A stretch of 64,000 nucleotides of DNA, taken from a virus (lineage: Duplodnaviria; Heunggongvirae; Uroviricota; Caudoviricetes). The stretch is taken from positions 38,037-102,036 of the IMG/VR virus record IMGVR_UViG_3300021387_000308; one strand, given 5' to 3'. A program made the translations under genes and the position numbers. The notes beneath the pieces were generated by a model. It did no database searches, was not told where the DNA came from, and saw nothing but the letters and a program-made list of their open reading frames with translations. Each line of letters opens with the position of its first letter. Position 1 is the stretch's first letter. Below are positions 46,330 through 55,768 of this stretch, in pieces.

Positions 46330-46604
46330 TCCTCCTGTGCAATTACAATAGCATTATAAATAATTGTTCTCTTACCATCGAGGTCAAATAAAACCTTGTT
46401 TTCATTAGACTCAATATCAATCTTGCCACTATATTCGGCAATTTTTTCACCAGTATTTGCATATACTGTGACGGTTCTATCAATTCCACCGCTAAAATTC
46501 GATAAAATACTTTTTTTATCTCTATTCCATTTAGCGGTACATCCACTAAGGACAAAAGCTGCACCAATCACAATACATGCAATACTAATAATCTTCCTTT
46601 TCAA
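46326..46604 (-). CDS. putative lipoprotein (92 aa; signal peptide then lipobox LSGC)
   Basis: N-terminus MKRKIISIACIVIGAAFVLSGCTAKW. Confidence 0.45.
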   Translation of the reverse strand: MKRKIISIACIVIGAAFVLSGCTAKWNRDKKSILSNFSGGIDRTVTVYANTGEKIAEYSGKIDIESNENKVLFDLDGKRTIIYNAIVIAQED

Positions 46605-46885
46605 CTGTAAAATCCCTCCGTTCTATAAGCGCCGAGTTCACTTACTTTGCGAAAGAACTCTTCAATCTCGAAATAGTCATTGGTAACAGGAGCCAAAGTA
46701 ACGTCTCTCCCACACATTTCCATAACTCCCATCACAGAACGACCATCAACACAAAGTCTTCCACTAATAACATTAACATCAATATTTAAGCTGTCACAGA
46801 TAGCGCAAAATTTATTTACTTTATCTACTGTCAGCCTCATCCTGATTTCGTTCGTCCTGCTGTCCATCAACTTTCTCCAATTCAT
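46601..46885 (-). CDS. HPr-like phosphocarrier-fold protein lacking the catalytic His (94 aa)
   Basis: DGRSVMGVMEMCG resembles the HPr Ser46 region (LKSIMGVMSLG). The region that should hold His15 reads KFCAICDS. Confidence 0.4.
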   Translation of the reverse strand: MNWRKLMDSRTNEIRMRLTVDKVNKFCAICDSLNIDVNVISGRLCVDGRSVMGVMEMCGRDVTLAPVTNDYFEIEEFFRKVSELGAYRTEGFYS

Positions 46886-47147
46886 AAATAGAATTTATTG
46901 TTTCAATCACATAATCTCCAAAAGAATTAATCCCAGAACCAATAATTGCCGAAGTATGCCAACACGCATATAAAGAATCACTAGAAATAAAATTCCAATA
47001 AATTTCTTCGAATTCTTTATAGTCTTCTATAGGCTTATCGGTATCAATAATTGATCCAATTAAGCCATCATACTTATAGTCTGTAACTTCATCATATCTA
47101 GTTCCTTTTCTCCCACTATGATAAATACCTATAATCTTATACTTCAT
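46821..47147 (-). CDS. hypothetical early protein (108 aa)
   Basis: Track ORF in the tiled minus-strand early operon. Confidence 0.35.
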   Translation of the reverse strand: MKYKIIGIYHSGRKGTRYDEVTDYKYDGLIGSIIDTDKPIEDYKEFEEIYWNFISSDSLYACWHTSAIIGSGINSFGDYVIETINSIYELEKVDGQQDERNQDEADSR

Positions 47148-47427
47148 AATTCCTCACAATATTGAAACACGTATCGCAATCGCCATTATATTTACAGTCA
47201 CTGTGATATGAACATCTATTCTGCATCGTTATAAGCCTATCTTTAATCATAAACTCAGATGATTGATTGCTAGTAATAGAATAGACAGCTATAATCACAT
47301 CTTGTGGTCTTACAACTTCTTTTAGTGAATAACCATTTTTTATTCTTTTTTTTAAATCGTCTGCTAAATCTTCTTCTGTTTTATAAGACACAGAGATAAA
47401 ATCTTCGCTTCCAATCAATTTTGTCAC
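47137..47427 (-). CDS. hypothetical Cys-rich early protein (96 aa)
   Basis: Track ORF; C-terminal CSYHSDCKYNGDCDTC. Confidence 0.4.
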   Translation of the reverse strand: MTKLIGSEDFISVSYKTEEDLADDLKKRIKNGYSLKEVVRPQDVIIAVYSITSNQSSEFMIKDRLITMQNRCSYHSDCKYNGDCDTCFNIVRNYEV

Positions 47428-47528
47428 TCCCTTCGTTTAATAATTTATATATAGAAGTATACTACAATATCTTGTGGTTGTCAATTATATATTTAATATT
47501 TTATTCACAATTTTTCCACATAATTCGT

Positions 47529-47936
47529 TTACCACGTTATCATATTACCAAGTATACAATGACAAATGCCACTTCCACCATTTTTGGGATTATTATTGCA
47601 ATTTTTACATGGATTTTTCTCTTCAATATTCCATCCACCAATATAGTGATCTTTGTCTTTAATATCCAATTCAGCTATTTTTGTATTTATAGTATTGTCA
47701 ATGATTGAACCAATTGTATTTACTGTAGCCATATTTGTTGTTATAGTTCCATCGCCAAAATCAGCAACATAATTTGTATTATTCTCTTCCGGGAATGGAA
47801 TCCTAATATTTTGTTCACGTTCTTCATGTGACCAGCCACAATTTCTACATTCATACACTTGAATGGGTGGATTAGTTGCAATTATGCTATTGGATAAATC
47901 ATGCCCACATTTTGGGCAAGTGTAAATAAATATCAT
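47529..47936 (-). CDS. double zinc-ribbon protein (135 aa)
   Basis: CPKCGH ... CRNCGW, second cluster CKNCNN ... CHC. Confidence 0.45.
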   Translation of the reverse strand: MIFIYTCPKCGHDLSNSIIATNPPIQVYECRNCGWSHEEREQNIRIPFPEENNTNYVADFGDGTITTNMATVNTIGSIIDNTINTKIAELDIKDKDHYIGGWNIEEKNPCKNCNNNPKNGGSGICHCILGNMITW

Positions 47937-48241
47937 TTTGAATACCTCTCCTTATAAACCTCGCATCTCAAACATGAATCGTATTTGCCAGGTGGAGTCT
48001 GATCTATACAATCTTCTCCTGTAATTTCACAAATTATTTTTTTGTTATATGGATTTTCAATCTCTCTCCAATACAGAATTCCATATCCACATTTAAATAA
48101 TCCGCTCTTAACTGGAAGAACGGTCAGGATATTTTCCCGACCTATTTCTTCAGATATATGAATTACATCACTAAGATTCTCGCAATATTTATAACATAAT
48201 TTATCCAATGTGAACCTCACCAAATTCAAGAGAATTGTCAA
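47933..48241 (-). CDS. hypothetical Cys-rich early protein (102 aa)
   Basis: Track ORF, start/stop overlap with neighbours. Confidence 0.4.
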   Translation of the reverse strand: MTILLNLVRFTLDKLCYKYCENLSDVIHISEEIGRENILTVLPVKSGLFKCGYGILYWREIENPYNKKIICEITGEDCIDQTPPGKYDSCLRCEVYKERYSK

Positions 48242-48524
48242 TCAGGATTTTCGCTTTGTACCAAGAAGTTTTCGGATTGCTCTTCTGTTTTTCTTCATAC
48301 TCTTTATCATTTATTCTAATACTATGAATATTTTCCTCTATGGGAGTAGGAGTAGTGTCAAAACTAATATTACAGCCAGTAATATGATACTGTTGTGGAT
48401 TTTCTGCGGGTATAATATCTCTAGTCTTTTCATTCATAATCAGATACGGATATTTTTTATTACTGTCATAATAAACATCAATATACTTCTTTACCATTGT
48501 TTCATCAAACTTAATAGCATTCAT
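48201..48524 (-). CDS. hypothetical early protein (107 aa)
   Basis: Track ORF. Confidence 0.4.
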   Translation of the reverse strand: MNAIKFDETMVKKYIDVYYDSNKKYPYLIMNEKTRDIIPAENPQQYHITGCNISFDTTPTPIEENIHSIRINDKEYEEKQKSNPKTSWYKAKILIDNSLEFGEVHIG

Positions 48525-48535
48525 ATTAATTCTCC

Positions 48536-48898
48536 TTATTTATAATATCTTCCACTATCAGCTACACTAGCCATAGAATGAGCGCGCAAATCAAATCTAA
48601 ATCTGTTGTTAATCGGAACTCTGTAGGCAAATTCGCCGCCAAAATATACATATGCTTCTTCTTCATCACTCGCTGGAATTAATACATATGTTCTAGCAGT
48701 AGTCATCGCAGATCCACCTACGCCACCAAATCCAAGAGCTGTACTTGCCCACGTTTGGTCAAAATCATAAACATTATATTTTTCAATTACTTTTCTTCTA
48801 TTAATAATATCCTGATTAATTCTTACCAAATCAGCAGTCATATCCATTATATCAATCATATTATTCATCCTTTCGTTCACCGCGACTACAATAGTCAT
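48536..48898 (-). CDS. hypothetical early protein (120 aa)
   Basis: Track ORF. Confidence 0.4.
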   Translation of the reverse strand: MTIVVAVNERMNNMIDIMDMTADLVRINQDIINRRKVIEKYNVYDFDQTWASTALGFGGVGGSAMTTARTYVLIPASDEEEAYVYFGGEFAYRVPINNRFRFDLRAHSMASVADSGRYYK

Positions 48899-49157
48899 CT
48901 GGTTCCATTACAACTGTTGTAAGCTGACTTAATGCTTCACATGCATGATATATTCCATAGTATTTACAATCCTTACAATGGACATGTTGTGGAATTTTAA
49001 TTTCAGAAAATAATTCTACAATATCTATAAACCAGTCAATACAACTGGATACACCGCGAGTAAATGTATCAAATGGTTCTTCCTGATGATCTTGTAGATA
49101 TTCTAATAAATCGTCTTTATCTATTGCTCTCAATTCTATAACCTCGGATCTTTCCAA
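48861..49157 (-). CDS. Cys-rich small protein (98 aa), CKDCKYY family
   Basis: HCKDCKYYGIYHACE, paralogous to 55755..56048. Confidence 0.4.
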   Translation of the reverse strand: MERSEVIELRAIDKDDLLEYLQDHQEEPFDTFTRGVSSCIDWFIDIVELFSEIKIPQHVHCKDCKYYGIYHACEALSQLTTVVMEPDDYCSRGERKDE

Positions 49158-49393
49158 TCAGGATTTTCTCGTTTTTGTCGCTCAATTATTTCGTGCCAAC
49201 CATCAATATATTCATCTTTTTCTTTTAAATCTGCAATCTTATCTTTGAGTACATTGATTAACAAATCTTTTTCCTCAACAGTTTCGAATGTGATTGTATC
49301 AATACTATGCTCTACTTTATCGAGTATATCAGAATACTTTTTCAAATATTTTTTAAAAACACTCACAATTATTCTCCTATTATTCGTTGCCAA
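49136..49393 (-). CDS. hypothetical early protein (85 aa)
   Basis: Track ORF. Confidence 0.35.
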   Translation of the reverse strand: MATNNRRIIVSVFKKYLKKYSDILDKVEHSIDTITFETVEEKDLLINVLKDKIADLKEKDEYIDGWHEIIERQKRENPDWKDPRL

Positions 49394-49432
49394 GATTTCC
49401 TACCATAAAATCCAACTTTATATTTCTTCATA

Positions 49433-49942
49433 TTAGTAGTATTCATAATTAATGCTACCATCCTTAATCCCATCAAGTAGTCGCTCTTTATAAGCCAAAT
49501 CTTGTTTTAGATAATCAATCTCTCGCTGCATTCTCTCAATCACCACTTCTTTAATTTTTTTAGAACCGCGTCTAACTACATATTTAGGATAACTAATACC
49601 ACCAGAATCTAATGCAACTTTCCATCTATCTTCTTCTGGATATTCAAGCCAGCTTTCATAGCTATTAATATAACGGATATCATCCAAATCAAATAAAAAC
49701 TCAAACTTATCAAAATTTTTATCGGTTAATTCAACCGGATGTTCATCACCAGTTGACCAGTAAGTATCATACATAGCATACTTACCCTTGTATTCTTTGA
49801 CCTTGAATGTCCAATTTTTACACCAATATGGATCGTTACGTTTATAATATGGCAACCATTCCAACACTGGATCACAACGATAAATGCCGTTCATATGAAG
49901 CTTATTAATATTTTCTTGTGATAACATGTTCGTCTCCATCAA
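49433..49942 (-). CDS. hypothetical early protein (169 aa)
   Basis: Track ORF. Confidence 0.45.
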   Translation of the reverse strand: MMETNMLSQENINKLHMNGIYRCDPVLEWLPYYKRNDPYWCKNWTFKVKEYKGKYAMYDTYWSTGDEHPVELTDKNFDKFEFLFDLDDIRYINSYESWLEYPEEDRWKVALDSGGISYPKYVVRRGSKKIKEVVIERMQREIDYLKQDLAYKERLLDGIKDGSINYEYY

Positions 49943-49963
49943 TATTCTCCATTCTCACCATAT

Positions 49964-50200
49964 TTATCCTATATAAAACTTAATTTCTGGATTAAACTCT
50001 ACTTCTCCAACGGCAAAGGTTACTTCAAAATCTTCCTCAGTATCCATTATCTTAAAAGAAGTTGTTACTTTATCACCAACATTCTTATCACTTATAATCA
50101 TCCTATCATATGCGTATAAGATTGCTTTTTCAAAGTTTTTAAAGTGATATTCTTTTCTTGCATTTAAACTACCAAGATCACTATATGGAATGATTAACAT
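49964..50200 (-). CDS. hypothetical early protein (78 aa)
   Basis: Track ORF; paralog-like of 62046..62294 (both begin ML/MIIIPY..). Confidence 0.35.
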   Translation of the reverse strand: MLIIPYSDLGSLNARKEYHFKNFEKAILYAYDRMIISDKNVGDKVTTSFKIMDTEEDFEVTFAVGEVEFNPEIKFYIG

Positions 50201-50216
50201 AGATACACTCCTTTTC

Positions 50217-50483
50217 TCACCATAAATCTTCAGATGTTAAAACACTACCTCTCATTTCAATTCCCATTTGTTTAGCAATTTCTGTGGCAGTTTCTCGATC
50301 AACAAATTCCGCAGTCCAATCTTCGCCAAATATGAATCCATCTATATGGCACTTTTTGTACTGGGCAGTTTCTCCAGCATCATGGATTACTTTAATAATC
50401 TCATGATGTCTTCTACCTCGTCTTTCAATCCAGGTACCTTCATTCGTCTTGTATCTAATTGCTGCACATTTAAAATGTTTCAT
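50217..50483 (-). CDS. hypothetical early protein (88 aa)
   Basis: Track ORF. Confidence 0.4.
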   Translation of the reverse strand: MKHFKCAAIRYKTNEGTWIERRGRRHHEIIKVIHDAGETAQYKKCHIDGFIFGEDWTAEFVDRETATEIAKQMGIEMRGSVLTSEDLW

Positions 50484-50507
50484 AAACCCTCCGATATTTT
50501 ATTATTT

Positions 50508-50801
50508 TTACCTGAATTCAACGTCCCCATATTCCATGGTTGGGTCGCTAAATACTTTATAACCTTGATAAAGCCCAATTAATCCAGCAGACTCATCAAA
50601 TGAATCTTCGTCACGCTCACAGTATTCGAGTTTAGGCACATTTTTCAGCGTTTTAGGAGACATAAATATATACAAATCGCTGTGATATATATTAGAATAA
50701 CAATCGATCTTATGATTCAAATCTTCAATATCCAATTTATTAGCTATATTAAATTTCATTGAGTAAACCATCATTATATCCTCCAAATGTTTTATTACCA
50801 T
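50508..50801 (-). CDS. hypothetical early protein (97 aa)
   Basis: Track ORF. Confidence 0.35.
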   Translation of the reverse strand: MVIKHLEDIMMVYSMKFNIANKLDIEDLNHKIDCYSNIYHSDLYIFMSPKTLKNVPKLEYCERDEDSFDESAGLIGLYQGYKVFSDPTMEYGDVEFR

Positions 50802-50831
50802 AAAATCAGTTTTCTATTAGCTGTTTCTCAT

Positions 50832-51194
50832 TTAAAAGTGCTTAACCTTAACTTTCCTCATCCTGTTTTTCTTTTCACAAATCTCAATGGCTTTGTTGAG
50901 TTCTTCGGTACTATATCTGAACACGGTTTTATCAAGTTCATCGCTAATAAACGTCCAACCATTATCCATACGCCATCCCCAGATATTAGTAAACCAAACC
51001 TCAACAACTTCACATTGTCTAATCTTATATTTACCAAATAGTCCTTGATAAATCACATAACAATATTTGTTAAGTCCACCGCCAGGGAATGGAACAAATG
51101 GAGAATCTAATTCTTTATGAAACTCTTTTATTTCAGTACCATCATAATCAACGGCTGCATCTTTGTGCGCGGTAAATAACATGTTAAACACCAT
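50832..51194 (-). CDS. hypothetical early protein (120 aa)
   Basis: Track ORF; first gene downstream of the structured intergenic region. Confidence 0.4.
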   Translation of the reverse strand: MVFNMLFTAHKDAAVDYDGTEIKEFHKELDSPFVPFPGGGLNKYCYVIYQGLFGKYKIRQCEVVEVWFTNIWGWRMDNGWTFISDELDKTVFRYSTEELNKAIEICEKKNRMRKVKVKHF

Positions 51195-51576
51195 CCATAC
51201 AAATTTTATATTTATTTAATCTGTGCCGTTTTACACTCCGCTTCAGACACTGATTAGTACACGGAGAAACCAGGCATATTTGCACCTTATGTTATTATCC
51301 ACGTTCGGTTGTGGTAAGTCTTTCCTTACATTTGTCGATGAGCGGAAAGGAAACCTTTTAATGAAATTGCTCACGTCTGCGGGTGGGGACTTGCACCCCA
51401 CATGATTGGAGTTTTGGGATATTATTGCTCTCGATTACCCCCTGCGTTACACCCGAAGGTTCAAGATTAATCTTGCGCTGACTCGGTGATTATTTTACAT
51501 GGCACAACATCTATCCATAACCAATCTATAAGAAGCCACACTTTAGCGTATATCTGTTCCGCCACCGCAGATAAAA
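51195..51576. other. 382-nt GC-enriched, ORF-free, hairpin-rich intergenic region inside the early operon (candidate origin / small RNA / regulatory hub)
   Basis: No ORF of 60 aa or more on either strand. Visibly higher GC than the flanks. Hairpins GTAAG-tctttc-CTTAC, CTTTCC...GGAAAG, GTGGGG-acttgca-CCCCAC. Confidence 0.4.
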
Positions 51577-51834
51577 CTATTTTGATTTTACAATTTCTAC
51601 TGAAGTCACTTCTGTATAATCTTGTGATAATTCTATAACAGCATCATGATCAAAAATATATCCATAACATTCATCCGTTTTTGTATTAACGTCTGTTATT
51701 ACTCCGATACATTTTCCATCTATACATATAGGACGATCTCTTGCTGCTTTTAAAATGTCAAATCTTCTATTTAGATTTGGTTCTGTTTCTTCATATCTAT
51801 TTTTGATTTTAACTTTAAACTTGACATCAATCAT
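51577..51834 (-). CDS. hypothetical early protein (85 aa), TAG stop
   Basis: Track ORF; the stop codon is TAG. Confidence 0.4.
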   Translation of the reverse strand: MIDVKFKVKIKNRYEETEPNLNRRFDILKAARDRPICIDGKCIGVITDVNTKTDECYGYIFDHDAVIELSQDYTEVTSVEIVKSK

Positions 51835-51858
51835 CTTTCATAACTTACTCCATAAAAT

Positions 51859-52098
51859 TTAGTTTTCAGCTTCACACCAATCACGAAGCTTTTCTTCGCA
51901 ATCAAGTCCATTGTCTTCTGTAATATTTTCATCATTACATGGATACGCTGGGCAACCATCACAATTCAATATCATCGAATCAATAAATCGATCCTGCGTT
52001 AAATTACTTATATATTTTTCAAAATTTGTCATATTATCTCCAAACTTATTTTCTATCCTCAAAGAAACTTTTTGTATCAAACCATTTATCTTCAACAA
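51859..52098 (-). CDS. Cys-rich small protein (79 aa)
   Basis: CDGCPAYPC ... CEEKLRDWC. Confidence 0.35.
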   Translation of the reverse strand: MLKINGLIQKVSLRIENKFGDNMTNFEKYISNLTQDRFIDSMILNCDGCPAYPCNDENITEDNGLDCEEKLRDWCEAEN

Positions 52099-52429
52099 TG
52101 TTTCCTATAATTTTAATAGTATCTCCCCAGCCCATTGTTGCCACTCTAATAAATTTGCCGACCATTTGATTATATTTACTGACACCAACTGTATCCATGA
52201 TTCGCATTATATACTCTGTCCCTGGTTCATAGCCTTTGAACTCTTTGGCTCCAAGATAACCACTTCCGATTTTAAAGCCCCCATATACACAACCCCATCC
52301 ATCACCTTCAAGAACTATTTCTGCACATAAACATCCATGGTCAGCCATTGAAAGATCTACTTCGGTGATTTTGGCATTTTCTATTTTATAACCAGCCTCT
52401 TCGAGTAATTCTTTATTCCATTGCTTCAT
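52046..52429 (-). CDS. hypothetical early protein (127 aa)
   Basis: Track ORF. Confidence 0.4.
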   Translation of the reverse strand: MKQWNKELLEEAGYKIENAKITEVDLSMADHGCLCAEIVLEGDGWGCVYGGFKIGSGYLGAKEFKGYEPGTEYIMRIMDTVGVSKYNQMVGKFIRVATMGWGDTIKIIGNIVEDKWFDTKSFFEDRK

Positions 52430-52458
52430 AGTTTAGTCCTTCCAATCAAACTTAGTTT

Positions 52459-52761
52459 CTATTCCATTATTTTAAATCCATCTATTGTCTTATATACTGC
52501 ATCACAAATCTCATCTGATAATTTTTCCAACATCAATTCTTCATTAATCTCATGTTTCAGATATTCTTGGGATACATCAATTGTAACGGCTATTGAATTA
52601 TTATCTGGGTTAAGTTGACGGTCTTCATCTTCCACTTCAAATTTGAAATTATACCACTCGCCATTAGCATCATACGCTCCAAACAATAAATCTGTTTCCT
52701 TATCATATCCTAGCTGTTTAAATTTATTAATAAATTCTGTAATTTTCATATAAAACCTCAA
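52459..52761 (-). CDS. hypothetical early protein (100 aa)
   Basis: Track ORF. Confidence 0.35.
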   Translation of the reverse strand: MRFYMKITEFINKFKQLGYDKETDLLFGAYDANGEWYNFKFEVEDEDRQLNPDNNSIAVTIDVSQEYLKHEINEELMLEKLSDEICDAVYKTIDGFKIME

Positions 52762-53275
52762 TTTTATTTTGTTCGTTCCATAAATCTTCTGCGATTAATA
52801 ATTCCGTCTTAGTTTGACGATAAATATCTCGCAATTCCCAGTCATCTAAATCCGATACGTCACTCTGAATATAATCGCTCGTAAATGATCCAACGCTTCC
52901 ATAGCTACCATCTGAATATATCGCAACAAAAATATTGTTATAACTCAGTCCATATTTTTCTTTGATATAATCTGCGCTCTCACCTTTGATATCGAATCTA
53001 TAGAAACCATTATTACTAATTCTTCTTAGATTATAAAAATCGCTATACCAAATCTTTCTTCCCCAAACATCCATATGTGGTCCAGTATCTCTGTGTTTTA
53101 ACCACAATATAGACATCTTAAAATCACCGTTATAATAACTAAGAGCTTTTTTGCAATCAATAATTCCGGCCCCAGTCATTTCGCGTAATTTTTTAATATC
53201 TTCTATTGTTGCCTTATATTTTTCCATAATCTTATTTATCAAACTTAATTTTCGTCGGTTACCAATGTTGCCCAT
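52727..53275 (-). CDS. protein with EF-Ts N-terminal (UBA-like, EF-Tu-binding) domain fused to an unrelated C-terminal domain (182 aa)
   Basis: IKKLREMTGAGIIDCKKALSYYNGD aligns with the EF-Ts N-terminus [25 protein letters not shown], with the TGAGxxDCKKAL core intact. Confidence 0.5.
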   Translation of the reverse strand: MGNIGNRRKLSLINKIMEKYKATIEDIKKLREMTGAGIIDCKKALSYYNGDFKMSILWLKHRDTGPHMDVWGRKIWYSDFYNLRRISNNGFYRFDIKGESADYIKEKYGLSYNNIFVAIYSDGSYGSVGSFTSDYIQSDVSDLDDWELRDIYRQTKTELLIAEDLWNEQNKIEVLYENYRIY

Positions 53276-53460
53276 TCATTAACACGATTACAGATACAGC
53301 CATTATTCATGTCTGCATATTCCTGAAGTTTCGGTAAAATATTACCAACGCACCAAGAACTTTCGTTTACATGAAATTCAATCATGTCTTTGTCCCAATC
53401 CTCTGGAACTTCAATTTCAACATCAATTGGAAATCTAATAGTTACCGTTTTCCGGTTCAT
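53245..53460 (-). CDS. hypothetical early protein (71 aa)
   Basis: Track ORF. Confidence 0.35.
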   Translation of the reverse strand: MNRKTVTIRFPIDVEIEVPEDWDKDMIEFHVNESSWCVGNILPKLQEYADMNNGCICNRVNEWATLVTDEN

Positions 53461-53487
53461 ATCTTTTTACCTCATCAAAGACTTGTT

Positions 53488-53889
53488 TTATCCCCACCAT
53501 AAACCACGACCATTAGTATATTTTGAAGCTTCCTCCTCCGACATTACTTGGTTTTTATAAAAATACTTCTCCATATCAGGATGTCCGTCTTCATCAATAG
53601 CCCATTTTAGCCATTGAATAATTTCACGTATTTCATTTTTGCTATAAACAACGAATCTGGCATCCTCATCAAAATCATAATCGGTGGTATCTACAGTTGC
53701 CCAATTAGTAATACGCTCCGTATGGTCATTATCCCAATTAAAACTTGGTTCCAGATTAAGTGTACCATTAAATCCATTACCATTGCTACCTGTTATAATT
53801 TCAAATCCGTTAACACTATAACCATCAAATGATGAGAACACCGTGCCATTTGGCATTTTAGCTAGTTCATTTCGATTAATTATCCTCAT
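53488..53889 (-). CDS. hypothetical early protein (133 aa)
   Basis: Track ORF. Confidence 0.4.
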   Translation of the reverse strand: MRIINRNELAKMPNGTVFSSFDGYSVNGFEIITGSNGNGFNGTLNLEPSFNWDNDHTERITNWATVDTTDYDFDEDARFVVYSKNEIREIIQWLKWAIDEDGHPDMEKYFYKNQVMSEEEASKYTNGRGLWWG

Positions 53890-54189
53890 TATGTTTCTCC
53901 ATCGGCAGATATTTTTTTATTATATTCGTATGTAGCACATATTTTACCAACTATATATCCAAACATAAAAACAACATTCCCAATTGCTAAATAGATCATT
54001 TTATAACTCCTACTTTTATTATTCACTCCGATCTACTTCAATTTTAACTTTTTTATATTTAGAATCTTTCTTCGGTTTAAATTCAAAACAAGGCTCTTCC
54101 TCACCCTGACAGTTCCAATATTCGTGAAGGAAGTAATCACATTCCTGGCATTCATCACAAGCATCAGTCTCTGGATTCCACATTAATCT

Positions 54190-54408
54190 TTACCCCATAT
54201 ATCCGTGATTAGTTAAACAGATACTAATATTTTCTAGTAAAATATCATAATCCATTGGTGTTAACTTATTTAGAGCTTGATCCAGTAACTCATCAATAAC
54301 ACTCTCAAAATCATATATACTATTCATAAAACTTGTATCAATCATATTATATCCTCCCACATTTCTCAGCCAACTCGTGAATACTTGGAAGATGATCACG
54401 AATTTCAT
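54190..54408 (-). CDS. hypothetical early protein (72 aa)
   Basis: Track ORF. Confidence 0.3.
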   Translation of the reverse strand: MKFVIIFQVFTSWLRNVGGYNMIDTSFMNSIYDFESVIDELLDQALNKLTPMDYDILLENISICLTNHGYMG

Positions 54409-54646
54409 GAAGTTGATTAGCTATCTTATTACACTTATTATCAATATAAAGAGTAACTTGCCACTCTACTTCTTCAATCGAACTCATCCCATTATAATAA
54501 AAGCTTTCAGCGATTAATTCAGGCCATATTAGACAATCCCATACAGTATCTTTTTTCTGAATATATGCTATTTTTTCACCTTCAGCAGACCATAAAAAAG
54601 CACATTCACCGTTATTATATTCTTTCCAATATGAATCATTTAACAT
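54347..54646 (-). CDS. hypothetical early protein (99 aa)
   Basis: Track ORF. Confidence 0.35.
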   Translation of the reverse strand: MLNDSYWKEYNNGECAFLWSAEGEKIAYIQKKDTVWDCLIWPELIAESFYYNGMSSIEEVEWQVTLYIDNKCNKIANQLHEIRDHLPSIHELAEKCGRI

Positions 54647-54697
54647 TCATTTCTCCTAAACTAAATTATCAAATCTGTGCAATTAAGTACATCAATA

Positions 54698-55051
54698 TTA
54701 TTCCTCATTATTTAATATTTTCAAAATTTTTTCTGCTTGATCTGCGGTAAGATTCTTCATCTTTTTTTCAAATGTATCTCGGCATTTTCGAATTAAGTTA
54801 ACCTGACGAATTTGCTCTTCAATCTCTGGTGTTAATAACTGAATATGTGACCTACTCCATACATCGCCACCTCTTTGCCACCCGTCATATCTATATGTTT
54901 CTTTATAGTTGCCAAAATCAACAATATAATCGCCACGCTTTTCAGTAATATTAATCACAGTTCCGATTGAAGTTGGAAGTGAATTGTTATAGTTTCTGAT
55001 TACTCTATCGCCAATTTTTAGATTTAAGTTATTATCCATTTTTAACCTCAT
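54698..55051 (-). CDS. hypothetical early protein (117 aa)
   Basis: Track ORF. Confidence 0.4.
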   Translation of the reverse strand: MRLKMDNNLNLKIGDRVIRNYNNSLPTSIGTVINITEKRGDYIVDFGNYKETYRYDGWQRGGDVWSRSHIQLLTPEIEEQIRQVNLIRKCRDTFEKKMKNLTADQAEKILKILNNEE

Positions 55052-55281
55052 TCTGCATCAAATACAATTCTTCCAGAGGGATCATCATAAATCATCATGT
55101 CCGAAATCTTTAAAGTTCCAGTTCCGAATTTTGTTTCGATTATTATTTCTGTGTCTGGCTTATCTCGTTTTAAATAATCAAAAGCATCAATAAATTTTTC
55201 TATAGAATTGTTATTTGAATTCACCTGTCTCCATATATCATCTACCTGGGCGGTTGTTAATCTGATTTCTACTTTATCCAT
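55048..55281 (-). CDS. hypothetical early protein (77 aa)
   Basis: Track ORF, start overlaps the downstream gene. Confidence 0.35.
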   Translation of the reverse strand: MDKVEIRLTTAQVDDIWRQVNSNNNSIEKFIDAFDYLKRDKPDTEIIIETKFGTGTLKISDMMIYDDPSGRIVFDAE

Positions 55282-55331
55282 ATTCTATACACTCCCAATC
55301 TTCATTAATAAAATCTCTCTTTTGTGTTTGT

Positions 55332-55547
55332 TCAGAAATGGCTACTCTCATTCATTAGTCTTGTAACTCTATCACTTAAAATCTCATATAGCTGTTCATC
55401 ATCACCCTGTATAAATAAACGCTGACAATCATCATCATAATCTTCTACTTTTGTTACAATACCAAAAACTATAAGACCATATATCCCGTAAAAACACACT
55501 CGATCATAAATTTTAAATTTATTATAATCTACTCTAGACATATCCAA
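55332..55547 (-). CDS. hypothetical early protein (71 aa)
   Basis: Track ORF. Confidence 0.3.
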   Translation of the reverse strand: MDMSRVDYNKFKIYDRVCFYGIYGLIVFGIVTKVEDYDDDCQRLFIQGDDEQLYEILSDRVTRLMNESSHF

Positions 55548-55768
55548 TCACCATCATCAACAAAATCTCTCGGATGTTCATACATTCTCTTCTCGTAAAA
55601 TTTTCCATTATCTGTGTTATAACACACCAGATTACCATATTCTAAAGCTGCCAATATATCCTCAACATCCATCCTACAGATATTACCATACGAATAACCA
55701 TTAACTTTTGGTGGCACATGATTACAATTTACGCATATGCCGTTGCCAGTAGCATTACAAATTTTCAT
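55529..55768 (-). CDS. zinc-finger small protein (79 aa)
   Basis: CNATGNGICVNCNH. Confidence 0.35.
   Translation of the reverse strand: MKICNATGNGICVNCNHVPPKVNGYSYGNICRMDVEDILAALEYGNLVCYNTDNGKFYEKRMYEHPRDFVDDGDWICLE

Noticed and set aside
51195-51576. Possible tRNA or tmRNA gene in the GC-rich gap
   Set aside because: Tested candidate T-loops on both strands (ttcggtt, ttcaaga, and the reverse-complement ttcgggt); none has a complementary 5-bp T-stem plus a matching acceptor stem.
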